A stretch of DNA of 61,324 nucleotides, the filler included, from Dirinaria sp. TL-2023a (taxonomy: Eukaryota): assembly GCA_051941275.1 (NCBI GenBank). It is 3 parts of 3 records of this genome, joined end to end, with 100 filler letters (N's around TTAATTAATTAA, not from the genome) between each part and the next. Parts side by side here need not be neighbours in the genome. Positions count along the whole stretch, not along the records: positions 20,500 to 40,896 come from JAVEBF010000290.1; 2 more parts are not named here. One strand, 5' to 3'. Shown here piece by piece: positions 25,901 to 37,662 of this stretch. The number at the start of each line of letters is the position of its first letter. The first letter of the stretch is position 1. A program made the position numbers and the translations under genes. The notes below the pieces were generated by a model, which was given only the letters and a program-made list of their open reading frames with translations, did no database searches and was not told the DNA's origin.

Positions 25901-27274
25901 AAGCACGTATTGAAACGCAAATCGAGCAGACGCGCGCCCGAAACCGAGAGCATCGGGACACTATTAGAAAATTCGACGAACAAGTAAAGGAGATCGCACC
26001 ACAGATTGCCGAGGAGGAGGCAAAGATGGACGATATCAAAGAACGCGGTCTGAAAAAGTGGCGAGAGATGCAGCAGCATGCGTCTCGCCTGTCGGATAGC
26101 GTTCATCAACTCCGACGCTCAACCCAGAAAATCGAAGACTACGTCTCCGGAGGTGGTCCGAACTTATTAGCTAAGTGCCAGAGAGATATCGAGGCTACGC
26201 AGCGCGAGATCAGCGGGATTGAGGACGAGCAAAAACAGATCAGCAAAGAAATCAACACATTGGGCACAGAGCTCAGCAACCAAGCGACCACTAAGAGGAC
26301 CATTGTGGACAATATTAAGTATCGAAAGCGGCAACGGGAGTTAGAGGAAGTCAATTCCGAGGTGGCTAGGCTTAGCGATCAGAATGCCGAAGCAGATTTG
26401 GCTCGCTACGAAAAACAAGCTGACTACTGGGGTCGACAGTATCAGCTACATAAAAGTGCGAAGACTCGTCAACTTGGCGTCATGACAGAAAAAGATCGGT
26501 CTTGCCAAGAAAAAATCCAGGAATGGGAGACTGAGTATCAGGATGCGGGGAGAAGATATCGAGAAGCGCACATCAAGGTGGAGGTAAGGCTTCCAGCTCT
26601 CGCTGTCACGAATCCACGCTGACAGGACGCAGACGACCAAGGCTGCCGTGGAGGACATGTTGCGTTATATGAACGCTTTGGACAAGTGAGCCAGCCTCAT
26701 GGAGTAGAGCCTCTCTGAAGTGCAAGCTGTACTGACAAAGGGTAGAGCCATCATGAAATACCACAGTTTGAAAATGGAGGAGATTAACCGCATAATCGAG
26801 GAGCTATGGCGAGCGACCTACCAAGGAACTGACGTAGACAAGATCTTGATCCGATCCGAGAACGAGGATGAGAAAAAAGGGAACCGTTCCTACAACTATC
26901 GGGTTTGCATGGTCAAACAAGACGCCGAATTAGACATGCGAGGACGGTGCAGCGCTGGACAGAAGGTGCTTGCAAGCATCATCATTCGCCTTGCCTTGGC
27001 CGAATGCTTCGGTGTCAATTGCGGTCTAATCACCTTGGACGAGCCGACAACAAATCTCGATCGCGACAATATCCGTTCCTTGGCTGAGTCACTGCACGAC
27101 ATTATTCGTGCACGACAACAGCAGGCCAATTTTCAATTAGTAGTAATCACGCACGACGAGGAGTTCTTGAGATTCATGAAGTGTGCGGACTTTTGCGATC
27201 ATTATTTCCGCATCTCCCGGGATGAGCGGCAGAAGTCGAGGATCGAACGGCAATCCATTGCAGAAGTACTCTGA
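22908..27274 (+). CDS. RAD50: DNA repair protein Rad50 (MRX/MRN SMC-like ATPase), 9 exons
   Basis: Exons 22908-22909, 22966-22967, 23038-23065, 23119-23209, 23261-23344, 23404-23859, 23914-26583, 26633-26685 and 26746-27274. Features are [15 protein letters not shown], Walker [18 protein letters not shown], a long coiled coil, zinc hook CRTC, signature RCSAGQK, and Walker B/D-loop LDEPTTNLD. Confidence 0.96.
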
Positions 27275-28414
27275 CGGGCATTTTCTTGCTCAACGCATAG
27301 CTATGGAGCTTTTGGGGATAATTACAGTCATGTAGCATGGCCTGAGGTAGGGGGCTTGATGATCTCACATGAATCCTGATACCCTGACGATAATGCTCCC
27401 AACATACTCCTGCTAGTCAGCTCACAAATAGCTTCAATACTAAGAAACATTACGCACCAGTAGAGCAAAGACGCAGCGAAGAAGATGAAGCAACAAACTT
27501 TCTTAACAGGCATTGGAGGTGGGTAGCAAGATTTTTCAAAGCTAAGTCTCAGCAATGCAGTGCTTTGCGCTCAATCCACGCATCTCTGTCTGCTTTTTCT
27601 TGGGTCTACTGACTCGGCGAGGGCAGGAGTACGCGCCACAAGTCTTCATAGGAGTACTTATCCCGATTTAAACACCACGTGCACTTGGCGAGGCTCTATC
27701 CACATTCCCACCTCGCCGTGTCTCAGAAATCTTCACGCTAGCCGTTGAATCGTAAGCAACATTCCACCCATAGTACTCGTCCAAGGTTCCCTTTACGTTA
27801 TGACCACTGAAGAAGTTCTGGGGGCGATCTGTCTATCTGGCGATGAGCATAAGTCCTAGCGCCTTAGCATTACCAGATCGCTATTGACGTGATAGAAAAG
27901 CCGCAGCTCATTGCCATATTTCAAGAGCTTCGCGCGCAGTACTAGGTCTCGTTTTGCTTGGTGTAATATCGAATCTCAGTGTTCTGCTCCATACTGTATT
28001 GTCATGATCCCCGTCTGAGGCTATTGTTTTGACTTATTTCACCGTCATTGGTTTACTTATTTTCCATTCATTCCGAGAGCTGTTTTGGTCCGGCGTAATG
28101 TCTAGGGTCTAATGTTCTGTTCCAGTGTACCGTTACAATCCGGTGGCTATTGTTTTGGTTTCTTTGGGTTGCCATTGGTCTTCTGTTCTACGTCCATTCC
28201 AAAAGCTCTCTTTCTCATCCTCGCCTGGCGTAATGTCAAAGACGCTATTGTTTTGATGCGGCTCGCTGTTATTGGTCTTCTGTTTTATACCCATTCCAAA
28301 GGCCGTTTTTCTCATCTTACACTGTTTGAATAAGAGGTAGGTTCTGTTGCCCCGTACTCCGTAAAGTTTACGCTCGCAACGTTCGCTCATTCTTCCCGTC
28401 TTTTCGAAGCGAAC

Positions 28415-31400
28415 ATGGCTAGCCCGTCGTTACTGTTCCTTCTTCTTACCATAATACAGAACATTACCGCTATACCGCTCTCCTTCCCAACCACGTGTAA
28501 GGTTTCTGCAGGCCCGACCTGAAACTCGCTAATTTCGTCATCATGTAGCCTGTGGGACAGTCTATGTGACAGTCACCTCTACGACTTCAGTTTTCCCTCC
28601 TACGACCAGCGTAACCCAGAACCAGCTCACCTCTTCTTCGCTAAATTCGTTCTCTGTGACTGCTTCAACTACCCCCATCTTGCCATTAACGCCTAGCAGC
28701 TCGCCGTCGCTCTCGACTTCAGTATTCCAATTTACCACCACCGACTCACATGGCTCCTCTTATGTCACATCAATTACTTCGGCCATCAGCTTGTCGTTTA
28801 CAAGCATTACGACAAGCCTATCGAGTTCGAGTCCAAGTATCGATCTGTCAACGAGCTTGAGCACTGCGAATCTCCCAACAAGCTTAAGCTCTATCAGTTT
28901 GCCGACAAGTCTGAGTGTCACTAACCTTCCAACGACACTAATCAATAGTCTTCCGACAAGTCTTAGTCTTCCCACGACTGTTGATCTCCCCACGAGCATC
29001 ATCAGCCTTCCAACGAGCGTCAGTCTCCCAACGAGCATCAGTCTTCCCACAAGTATCCTCAGCCTGCCAGCAAGCATCGAGCTGCCGACAAGTATTATCA
29101 GTCTTCCAACCAGCATCAGTCTTCCGACGAGTATTAGCCTCCCCACGAGTGTTCTCAGTCTTCCCACAAGCATCAGCCTCCCTACTAGTATCATCAGCTT
29201 GCCAACCAGCATCATTAGTCTGCCAACCAGCATCAGCCTTCCTACTAGTATAATCAGTCTACCGACAAGCATCATCAGTCTGCCAACAAGCATTGAGCTG
29301 CCAACGAGCATCATCAGTCTTCCCACAAGTATAAGCCTTCCTACTAGTATCATCAGCCTACCAACAAGCATTGAACTGCCAACAAGCATCATCAGTCTTC
29401 CAACCAGCATTATCAGCCTTCCAACTAGCGTTGAGCTGCCGACAAGCATCATCAGTCTTCCCACGAGTATTAGCCTTCCTACTAGTATTCTCAGTCTTCC
29501 CACAAGTATTAGCCTTCCTACTAGTATCATCAGTCTGCCAACCAGCATTGAGTTGCCGACAAGTATCATCAGCCTTCCTACCAGCATTAGTCTTCCTACT
29601 AGTATCATCAGTCTTCCCACGAGTATCAGTCTGCCGACTAGCATTATCAGCCTACCAACAAGTATTGAGCTGCCGACAAGCATTATTAGTCTTCCAACAG
29701 ACTTGAGCATCACTCTCCCAACAAGCATCATCAATCTTCCTACCAGTCTTCCAACCAGTCTTCCAACCAGCATTGAGCTGCCAACAAGCATCAGTCTTCC
29801 CACGAGTATTACTCTGCCTACCAGTATCATCAGTCTACCAACAAGTCTTCCGACAGATTTGAGCATTACTCTCCCCACAAGCATCATCAGTCTTCCAACC
29901 AGCATTAGTCTTCCTACTAGTATCATCAGCCTTCCAACAAGCATTGAGCTACCGACCAGCATCGTCAGTCTTCCAACCGACTTGAGCATCACTCTCCCGA
30001 CAAGCATTGAATTGCCGACGAGCATTATCAGTCTTCCAACGGATTTGAGCATCACTCTCCCCACGAGCATCATCAGTCTGCCTACTAGTCTTCCAACAGA
30101 CTTGAGCATAACTCTCCCCACGAGCATCACCAGTCTTCCTACTAATCTTCCGACAGACCTCAGTCTTACTCTTCCGACTGTACTGCCTACGAGCATCATC
30201 AGTCTTCCTACTAGTCTCCCAACGAGCATTGAGTTGCCGACGAGTATCATTAGTGTCCCCACTAGCCTTCCGACAGACTTGAGCATTACGCTGCCCACAA
30301 GCATCATTAGCCTTCCAACTAGTCTTCCGACAGACCTCAGTCTCACTCTTCCGACTGTGCTGCCTACGAGCATCATCAGTCTTCCTTCTAGTCTCCCCAC
30401 AGACCTCAGTCTCAGTGTTCCAACTACACTTCTGACGAGCATTATTAGTCTTCCAAGTAGTCTTCCCACAGACCTCAGCATTAGTCTTCCAACAAGCATT
30501 ATCAGTGTTCCGACGAGCGTTGAGCTTCCAACTAGCATTATCAGCCTCCCAACGAGTGTTAGTCTTCCCACAAGCCTTCCAACAGACCTGAGTGTTAGTC
30601 TTCCGACGAGTATCGAGCTCCCGACCAGTATCAGTCTTCCGACGAGTATTGCCCTTCCAACGAGCCTTCCCACAGATTTGAGCATAATCAGTGTGCCTAC
30701 GGGTCTCAGTACAGATATTCTTCCAACGAGTGTCGCCCTTCCGACCAGTATCAGTCTTCCGACGAGCCTTCCCACAGACTTGAGCATAATTAGTGTTCCC
30801 ACGGATCTCAGTACAGATATTCTTCCAACGAGTCTTCCGACAGATCTAAGCAGCCTCACTCTTCCAACCGTTCTGCCCACAGATCTGAGCAGTATCAGCC
30901 TTCCAACCGATTTGCCTACAGATGTGAGCATTATTAGTCTTCCGACGAGTCCGATTATCAGTCTTCCCACAAGTCCGATTATTAGTCTACCAACAGACCT
31001 TAGCATCTCAACCCTTCCCACGACCCCCATCATCACTCTTCCTACAAGTTCTGTTGTCAGCCTACCAACCAGCCTGAGTGCTAGTATTCCAACCGACCTG
31101 AGCGTTATCACTGTTCTTCCAACAAGCCCCATTCTCAGTCTACCAACGGACTTGAGTACTGTTCTTCCAACGAGCGCAGACCTAAGCACTATTCTTGCAG
31201 TGAGCTCTATTGTCAGTATACCAACGGACCTGAGCACTGTGCTTCCAACGAGTTCTATTATCACTATTCCAACGAGCCCCATTGTCAGTGTACCAACTGA
31301 CCTAAGTACTATTCTTCCAACGAGCTCTATAATAAATCTTCCAACGGACCTGAGCGCTGCTCTTCCAACAAGCCCTATCGTCACTGTGCCAACGAGCTCC

Positions 31401-32990
31401 ATTATCAGTGTACCAACGGACCTAAGTACTATTCTTCCAACGAGTTCTATTATCAGTGTACCAACGGACCTAAATACTATCATTTCAACGAGCTCTATTA
31501 TCAATGTTCCAACAAGCCCCATTATCAGTCCACCGACAGACCTGAGTACTATTCTTCCAACGAGTTCTATTATCAGTCTTCCAACGGACCTGAGCACTGT
31601 TCTTCCAACGAGCGCAGACCTGAGCACTATTATCAGTGCACCAACAGACCTGAGCTCTATAAATCCTCCAACAGACCTGAGCACTATTCTTCCAGTGAGC
31701 TCTATTATCAGTGCACCAACAGACCTGAGCACTGTTCTTCCAACAAGTCCCGTTCTAAGCGTACCGACGGACCTGAGTACTGCTGTCCTCCCTAGTTCGA
31801 GTGTTATTCTCCCTACAACCTTAGTGACAGTAACTCTGCCTACGTCGGTATCCGCCAGCTTACCGCCAGTCAGCAGCGTTCTGCCCACGGATATATCGTC
31901 AAGTCTGAGCCTTCTTCCTACGAGTACTCCAGGCCTGCTTTCTGTGGCACCGATCCTCGGAGCGACTACGTTGATTACTTCCTCTTCAGGCATCACGTTG
32001 AGTAGTCCAGCGAATACACCTTCCACCACGTGTCAAGGTCTTCTCTGTGTCTCTGCCAGTCTCTTAGGGGGCGGTACGACGACTTCCGTCGCCACTACGA
32101 ACGTGGCGAGTTCTCCCAGCGCTACCATCGCTACAGTCACTTCAGTCGTGCCTACTCCTGTGCAGTCGAATCCTGTCACGAGTCAGCCAAGTTCTCCAAG
32201 TGCTATTATAGCTACCGTCACTTCAGCCGTGTCTCCTGTGCAGTCGAATCCTGTCACGAGTCAGCCAAGTTCTCCTAGCGCTATTATCGCTACCGTCACT
32301 TCAGTTGTCTCTGCTGTGCAGTCGAATCCTGCCACGAGTCAGCCAAGTTCTCCTGGCGCTATTATCGCTACCGTCACTTCAGTCGTGTCTTCTGTGCAGT
32401 CAAATCCTGCCTCGAGTCAACCAATACCGACCACGGCAACTACCACAATCTACTCTATAGTATCTTCAAATTCCCCCTCCGTCACAATCCAGCCAACGAC
32501 AAATCTTCCACTCACCTCACCAACCGCATCTACCTCTACCGTAACAACCTACCCTTACGGCTGCTCAGACTTGCTCTGCGTCTCCGCATCCGCTGCTCTA
32601 ATCAACGGGCCCGGTGCCAACGGTGGCGTCACGGTCACGACACCGACCTCAACGTCTACTGCCCGAACTTCGCCGTTGACCACTCCTGCTAGTACGACTA
32701 GTACAGTGGTGGTAGCAGTGGTGCCCACGACACTGAGCACACTACCAAGCAGCAGCGGTAATGTGGCATCCACAATTACATCGGTGGTGGCCGTACAGCC
32801 CACAACAGCGACGACGCCCACAACACTGAGCACATTACCAAGCAGCAGCGGTAAAGTGGCGTCGACGATTACATCGGTAGTGACCGTACAACCCACAACA
32901 GCGACGACGGCGAAAACGGGCAGCACCACTACTAGTAGCGGTGGAAATCTTGTCGGCACAGCTACTAGCGTTTTGCATGTAGGTGTATAG
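28415..32990 (+). CDS. Secreted ~1,500-aa Ser/Thr/Leu/Pro tandem-repeat (mucin/adhesin-like) protein, 2 exons
   Basis: Exon 1 (28415-28496) encodes the signal-peptide-like MASPSLLFLLLTIIQNITAIP. Intron 28497-28548 (GTAAGG...GCTAAT...TAG) joins it in frame to the 1474-codon ORF. The frame stays open across more than 100 short repeats that vary mainly at synonymous positions. Confidence 0.85.
28850..31900 (+). repeat. Coding minisatellite-like array (TSISLP/TSIISLP/TSIELP/TDLSITLP units)
   Basis: Units of 12-24 bp, all multiples of 3, with a core like AGTCTTCCNAC. Confidence 0.9.
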
Positions 32991-35373
32991 CGGTTGCTTG
33001 TAAGAGTTCTTTGAGTAGAGACTAGAGAGGCGTATGGAGGGAGGGGCAGATGACAATGTATTTAGATCCGAGTGACGCGGAAAGAGGATGTACATGGGAT
33101 GGTTTCGGGGTCTCAATGGCTTCTCTCAGCGATTTGGAGTTTGGAAAGTGTGTTGGCGTAGCAAATAAGTAGCTTAGTCACGAAATTAATGGGAATGAGA
33201 TTTGATGTTCTCAGACCGGACTCTCGAATCCTGCTTATTGTGTGGAAGTGTAAAAACCGAATATTATCCCCTGTGCCAGATGGATGACATGGGAATGGCG
33301 TCTCCTTTTACCTATGTCTGCAAGAAGATTATGATGATATTGCATATTTTTGGGCTCCTATACTTTCTACCTCTCAACCCCTTTTCTTACCATCCTCCTG
33401 AATACTGATTCTCGTGGACCGGTCGTTGTTATATTAAGGAACATATTTTGACGTTCAGAACCCTAGCCGAAACCTGAAAACGGGAGTCCAGAAATCCCTC
33501 GACAAGGTCAGTCCTTGTGTCGCTTAGGGTTTGAGTCGTAGCGAGATTAAGGTAAGGTAGAGCAATCTGTGAGCCCAGTTCTTGCATGTGCATGAACTCG
33601 TTGAGTAGTGCTTTGGCCTTTTGCTAAGGAGTTGCCGACAGAGATACCTTAGTGCGCTACGTGCATTGATAATTGTTGCTGCAATTTCAGAGAATGTAGA
33701 AGTGGCACGAAAAACCGGGATGGGAAATAATGGTATACATGTGAACCCTCGACTATCAAGGAAAGGCCTTGTTAGCAAACGGCTGGGGTACTACCTAAGG
33801 TACACGAGATACCTGCTACTCCGTGGTGGATACATGATGATTATGATATTATTACCATCCGCTACGCTTGCTCACTACTTCATCTCCTTTGCTTGGTATG
33901 TTAGCGTGCAACGTGGACTCGGCCAGTTAGTTACACTAGACGCAAGGTTTGAACGATGAGGATGAGCCTCTTCAGCTGCCACGGCTCTATGAAAGTCAAA
34001 AAAGTTGTAGATAGCCGCATGATTGCTAGATCTGAAAGACGCTCGTGATCTATGCGACAGACATTCGGTACCTGCAGGTAGGTAAAGTAGGTACATGATA
34101 CATACACTGAGATCCGAGCCCTTTTATACAACGCCAGCTTTTGGAAGTCACGATGAAGCCCTCCAGCAACCCTGCAATGCGAAATGCTTGGCTGTTCCTG
34201 CCTGACTTAGAGTCATAGCATTGCTGGTGGTGAGCTATTGCTGTCTAAGTGGTACGAGTCCATGTATGCTGACCGCTCTTTCGTCTAGATGTCGGCCGAG
34301 ATGTGAGAAGACGAAGGCGGGGATACATAAGCAACTCCTTTCACATGTATTCTACCAGCATAAACATCATGAGGATCTGGGGATGAAATGAAGACTACCC
34401 CAGCCAAGGCGGCGCATAAATGCTGCAAGGGGTTAGGCGAGTGGTGCTGGACTGCGATGCTCCCGCCCAATAGCGGCACGGTTCCTGGGGCATAGGGACT
34501 ACTGGTCTGCTAGGCCGTTTGGATGCGGGGCAAGCTGCTTGAGCAAGCCACTGTCGTAGCCAATCGTCACACCCGAGAAGGGTCTGGGGTAGCCGAGCTA
34601 GCCGGATCCGATGCGCCGTTGTCCCTAGCGGCATCGATTATTCGCACAACATGAAACCAGACCAGGTGACGACGAATTTTTTTCCGACCTTGACTAGGCT
34701 CAGTCGCTTGATTGACCACAACCACGACGACAGACAAGTCACCTGGCAAACACTCGAGCCAGCGTTACGCACCTGACACGGCCGAAAAAATGATGACGCC
34801 AATTGCTTGCTGTCAAACATGTGCTTCTTGCGCTCTCTCTCTCTCTCTGTGTGTGTGCGTCTCTCTTTCTCTCATGTGTTCCGGTTCTGTGTGTTTGAAC
34901 CCTCGGCTTGTGATGATGTACAGTGTACATTGGCAAGTACAAGTAAGATGCATCAACCCCATTTCTTTTCACATGTGGTAGCCCCAGTTTTTCCTCTGCT
35001 GGATTCGGAAGTGTCGCTGCACTAGGGTTCCAGTCAAGTACTACTTTAACTGTACCTACTTTACTGTCCTCAAAGTGCTGGTACTGGATCATTAAACTGT
35101 ACTTCTGACTTTTGCTGGGTCGATCTGTGACCCACTGTTCGCTCTTCATTTGTTCCTCGGTGCGCGTAAAACCCAAAAAAAGTTCCTGAAACACGATTGT
35201 GTCTCCCTGTTCCGTGCGCGCGAGGAATGTGCATTCCCCTATTTCGACTTTCTGCCAAGTCAACAAAGAACTCCATCTCCTTCTATACCCGGTGTCCGCA
35301 TCCCGATTCAAAGCTTTCACGCAAGTTTCCCTGAGCTCGCCCACATCTGCAACCATTCAAGCTTGCTCCCAAG

Positions 35374-36856
35374 ATGCTGTTCCTAACGTCTCTGATTGCA
35401 TCTTTGGCTATATGCTCCGCGATTGCGTGAGTACTTTTGATGTTGTACTCAGGAAGTCGCTGACGCTGTTGTTTTCAGCACACCGGTTGCGAAGCGAAGT
35501 GTCGACTTCGCCTTCGGCACGACAAAGGTTCGCGGAGTCAACCTGGGTGGATGGCTAGTCTTGGAACCGTGGGTGCTCCCCCCAGCAATCTCTCTATACT
35601 GGCTGACCTCGGCATCAAAGGTGGATCACGCCTTCGATATTCCAGGCACAGAATGGCTCAGTGGTTGACGAGTACACGTTGGGCCAAAAGGTGGCCAACG
35701 CATCTTCGATACTGAAGCTACATTGGGATACCTGGGTAACCTTGGCCGACTTCCAAAAAATCGCAGGAGCAGGGTTCAACACCGTCCGCATTCCAATTGG
35801 GTGTAAGTAACCACTTCTAGACTTGACCCCCCCCTTTGGATCGCTGTAGCTTATTTCAATCAGACTGGGCCTTCAAGAAGTTCAATGATCCTTATATCCA
35901 AGGCGCAGCACCATACTTGGATAAGGCAATCGGCTGGGCGAGACAGACCGGTCTGAAAGTCTATATTGACCTTCATGGTGCGCCCGGTTCACAAAACGGA
36001 TTCGACAACTCAGGGCAGCGCATTCTGACTCCGGGCACCCCAAAATGGACTACTGGAGATACCGTCAACGACACATTGGCTGTGATACAGCTCATTGCCA
36101 ACAAATACGCCACGGCGAGCTATCAAGATGTCGTCGTAGCCATTGAGCTCCTCAACGAACCCCTGGCAAGCAAATTGCCGGGGGGCACGGATGCCGTTGT
36201 CCAGTACTACAACGACGCTTACGGCGATGTGAGAGTGATCAGTGACACGCCAGTCATCCTCCATGACGCTTTTCAGAACGGGACTTTTTGGAACGGCGTC
36301 TTGACCGCACCTGGATCTCAGAATGGTAGAGACATCCTCGCTTCACATTCTATTCGCATCTGTGGCTAATTTCGATTTCTTCTACGCAGTCATTATCGAC
36401 ACGCATCAGTACCAAGTTTTCTCGACCGCCGAGCTCCAACGCACACCCCAGCAGCATCGCGAGTTTGTGTGTAGCAACGCGGGCACCTACTCTGCCAACG
36501 TCGATCATTACGTCATTGTTGGTGAATGGAGTGCAGCCATGACGGATTGCGCCGCCGCTTTGAACGGCTATGGGATCGGGGCGAAGTACGACGGCAATCA
36601 ACCGGGCGCTCCCTATATCGGCTCTTGTGCCCAGATCAACTTCATCGACACGTGGAACCAGACGCTCAAGGACAACACGAAAAAATATATCCAGGCGCAG
36701 ATCGAAGTGTACGAGCAGATGACCGCGGGATGGGTTTTCTGGAATTTCAAGACCGAGGCGAGCGCGGAGTGGGATCTCTTCCGCTTGCTGGACGCCGGCG
36801 TATTTCCCACATTGCCCTTGGACGCGAGCAATTACCAGATGGCTTGCTCCTCTTGA
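35374..36856 (+). CDS. EXG1: Secreted GH5 glucan exo-1,3-beta-glucosidase, 5 exons
   Basis: Signal peptide MLFLTSLIASLAICSAI, KVRGVNLGGWLVLEP|WITPS, VRIPIG|YW, IDLHGAPGSQNGFDNSG, acid/base ELLNEP, DTHQYQVF, nucleophile VGEWS, and GWVFWNFKTE. The phase of intron 1 is problematic (see findings). Confidence 0.93.
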
Positions 36857-37662
36857 CCTAGCAATAACCGCGAGCTAAAAAAAATAAAAAGAAAAGAACC
36901 AAAAAAATATCCTGATGGCTTGCATTCATCAATAGGCATCTAGCTAATGGGCTTCAAATTTGCTACTCGAGCATGTTTTTGATTGGGATTTTGGACTGGC
37001 TATCTTATCTGCTATCATATGGGGAGAGGAAAGAGGGAAAACAAAAAAAATAAAAGGGACAGAAAATGCCGAAGAAGTGGGGGGTTGAAGCAAACGAAAA
37101 AAAAAAAAAAAGAGGCCAAAAGAATGATTGCTACCTACCTACCTTACCTTTCATGCTTGTACATGATTTTTATTGCTCAAGTAAAATAAACACCCTAGCA
37201 ATATGCCATCGAGCTTAAGTACTTTAACTGAGCCTTGCAAGCGAACTGGTAGGTACCTTATGTATGGAGCATGCATGCATGCATTCTTTTTAGTTTTGTT
37301 TGTACATACAAGTAGTACAGGTACTTGAGCTTAATAATAATAATAATTATTATTAAAAAAAAAAAAAAAGTTTGGGGGTGGGTTGGAGAGGTAAGGAAGG
37401 TACTACCTAACTATATGGCAACCTTAGGTACCTTTGAAATAGCAGCCTTTACCTCAGCTTACTTATACATAAACATGTACTCATATATCTTGTTCTTGTT
37501 CTCGTTAATTTTCCTTAAGAGGGCCGGCATGCAAATAGATAAGGATGATTTGCGTTATTGGCTGGGCTGGCTCGAATCAGGAATATCATGTACACGAAAT
37601 TGTTATTTTTTTTGGTGTGGGCAAAACCCTAGCAGCGAAATCCACATCCAAAAAATATCATC

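Noticed and set aside
28850..31900. Possible CRISPR-like repeat array
   Set aside because: Eukaryotic coding repeat with degenerate in-frame units, no constant repeat with unique spacers, and no cas genes.
28760..32029. 1089-aa antisense ORF (LVGRL repeats)
   Set aside because: It is a shadow of the sense repeat gene: the repeat codons rarely create stops in that antisense frame. The sense gene has a signal peptide and a proper intron.
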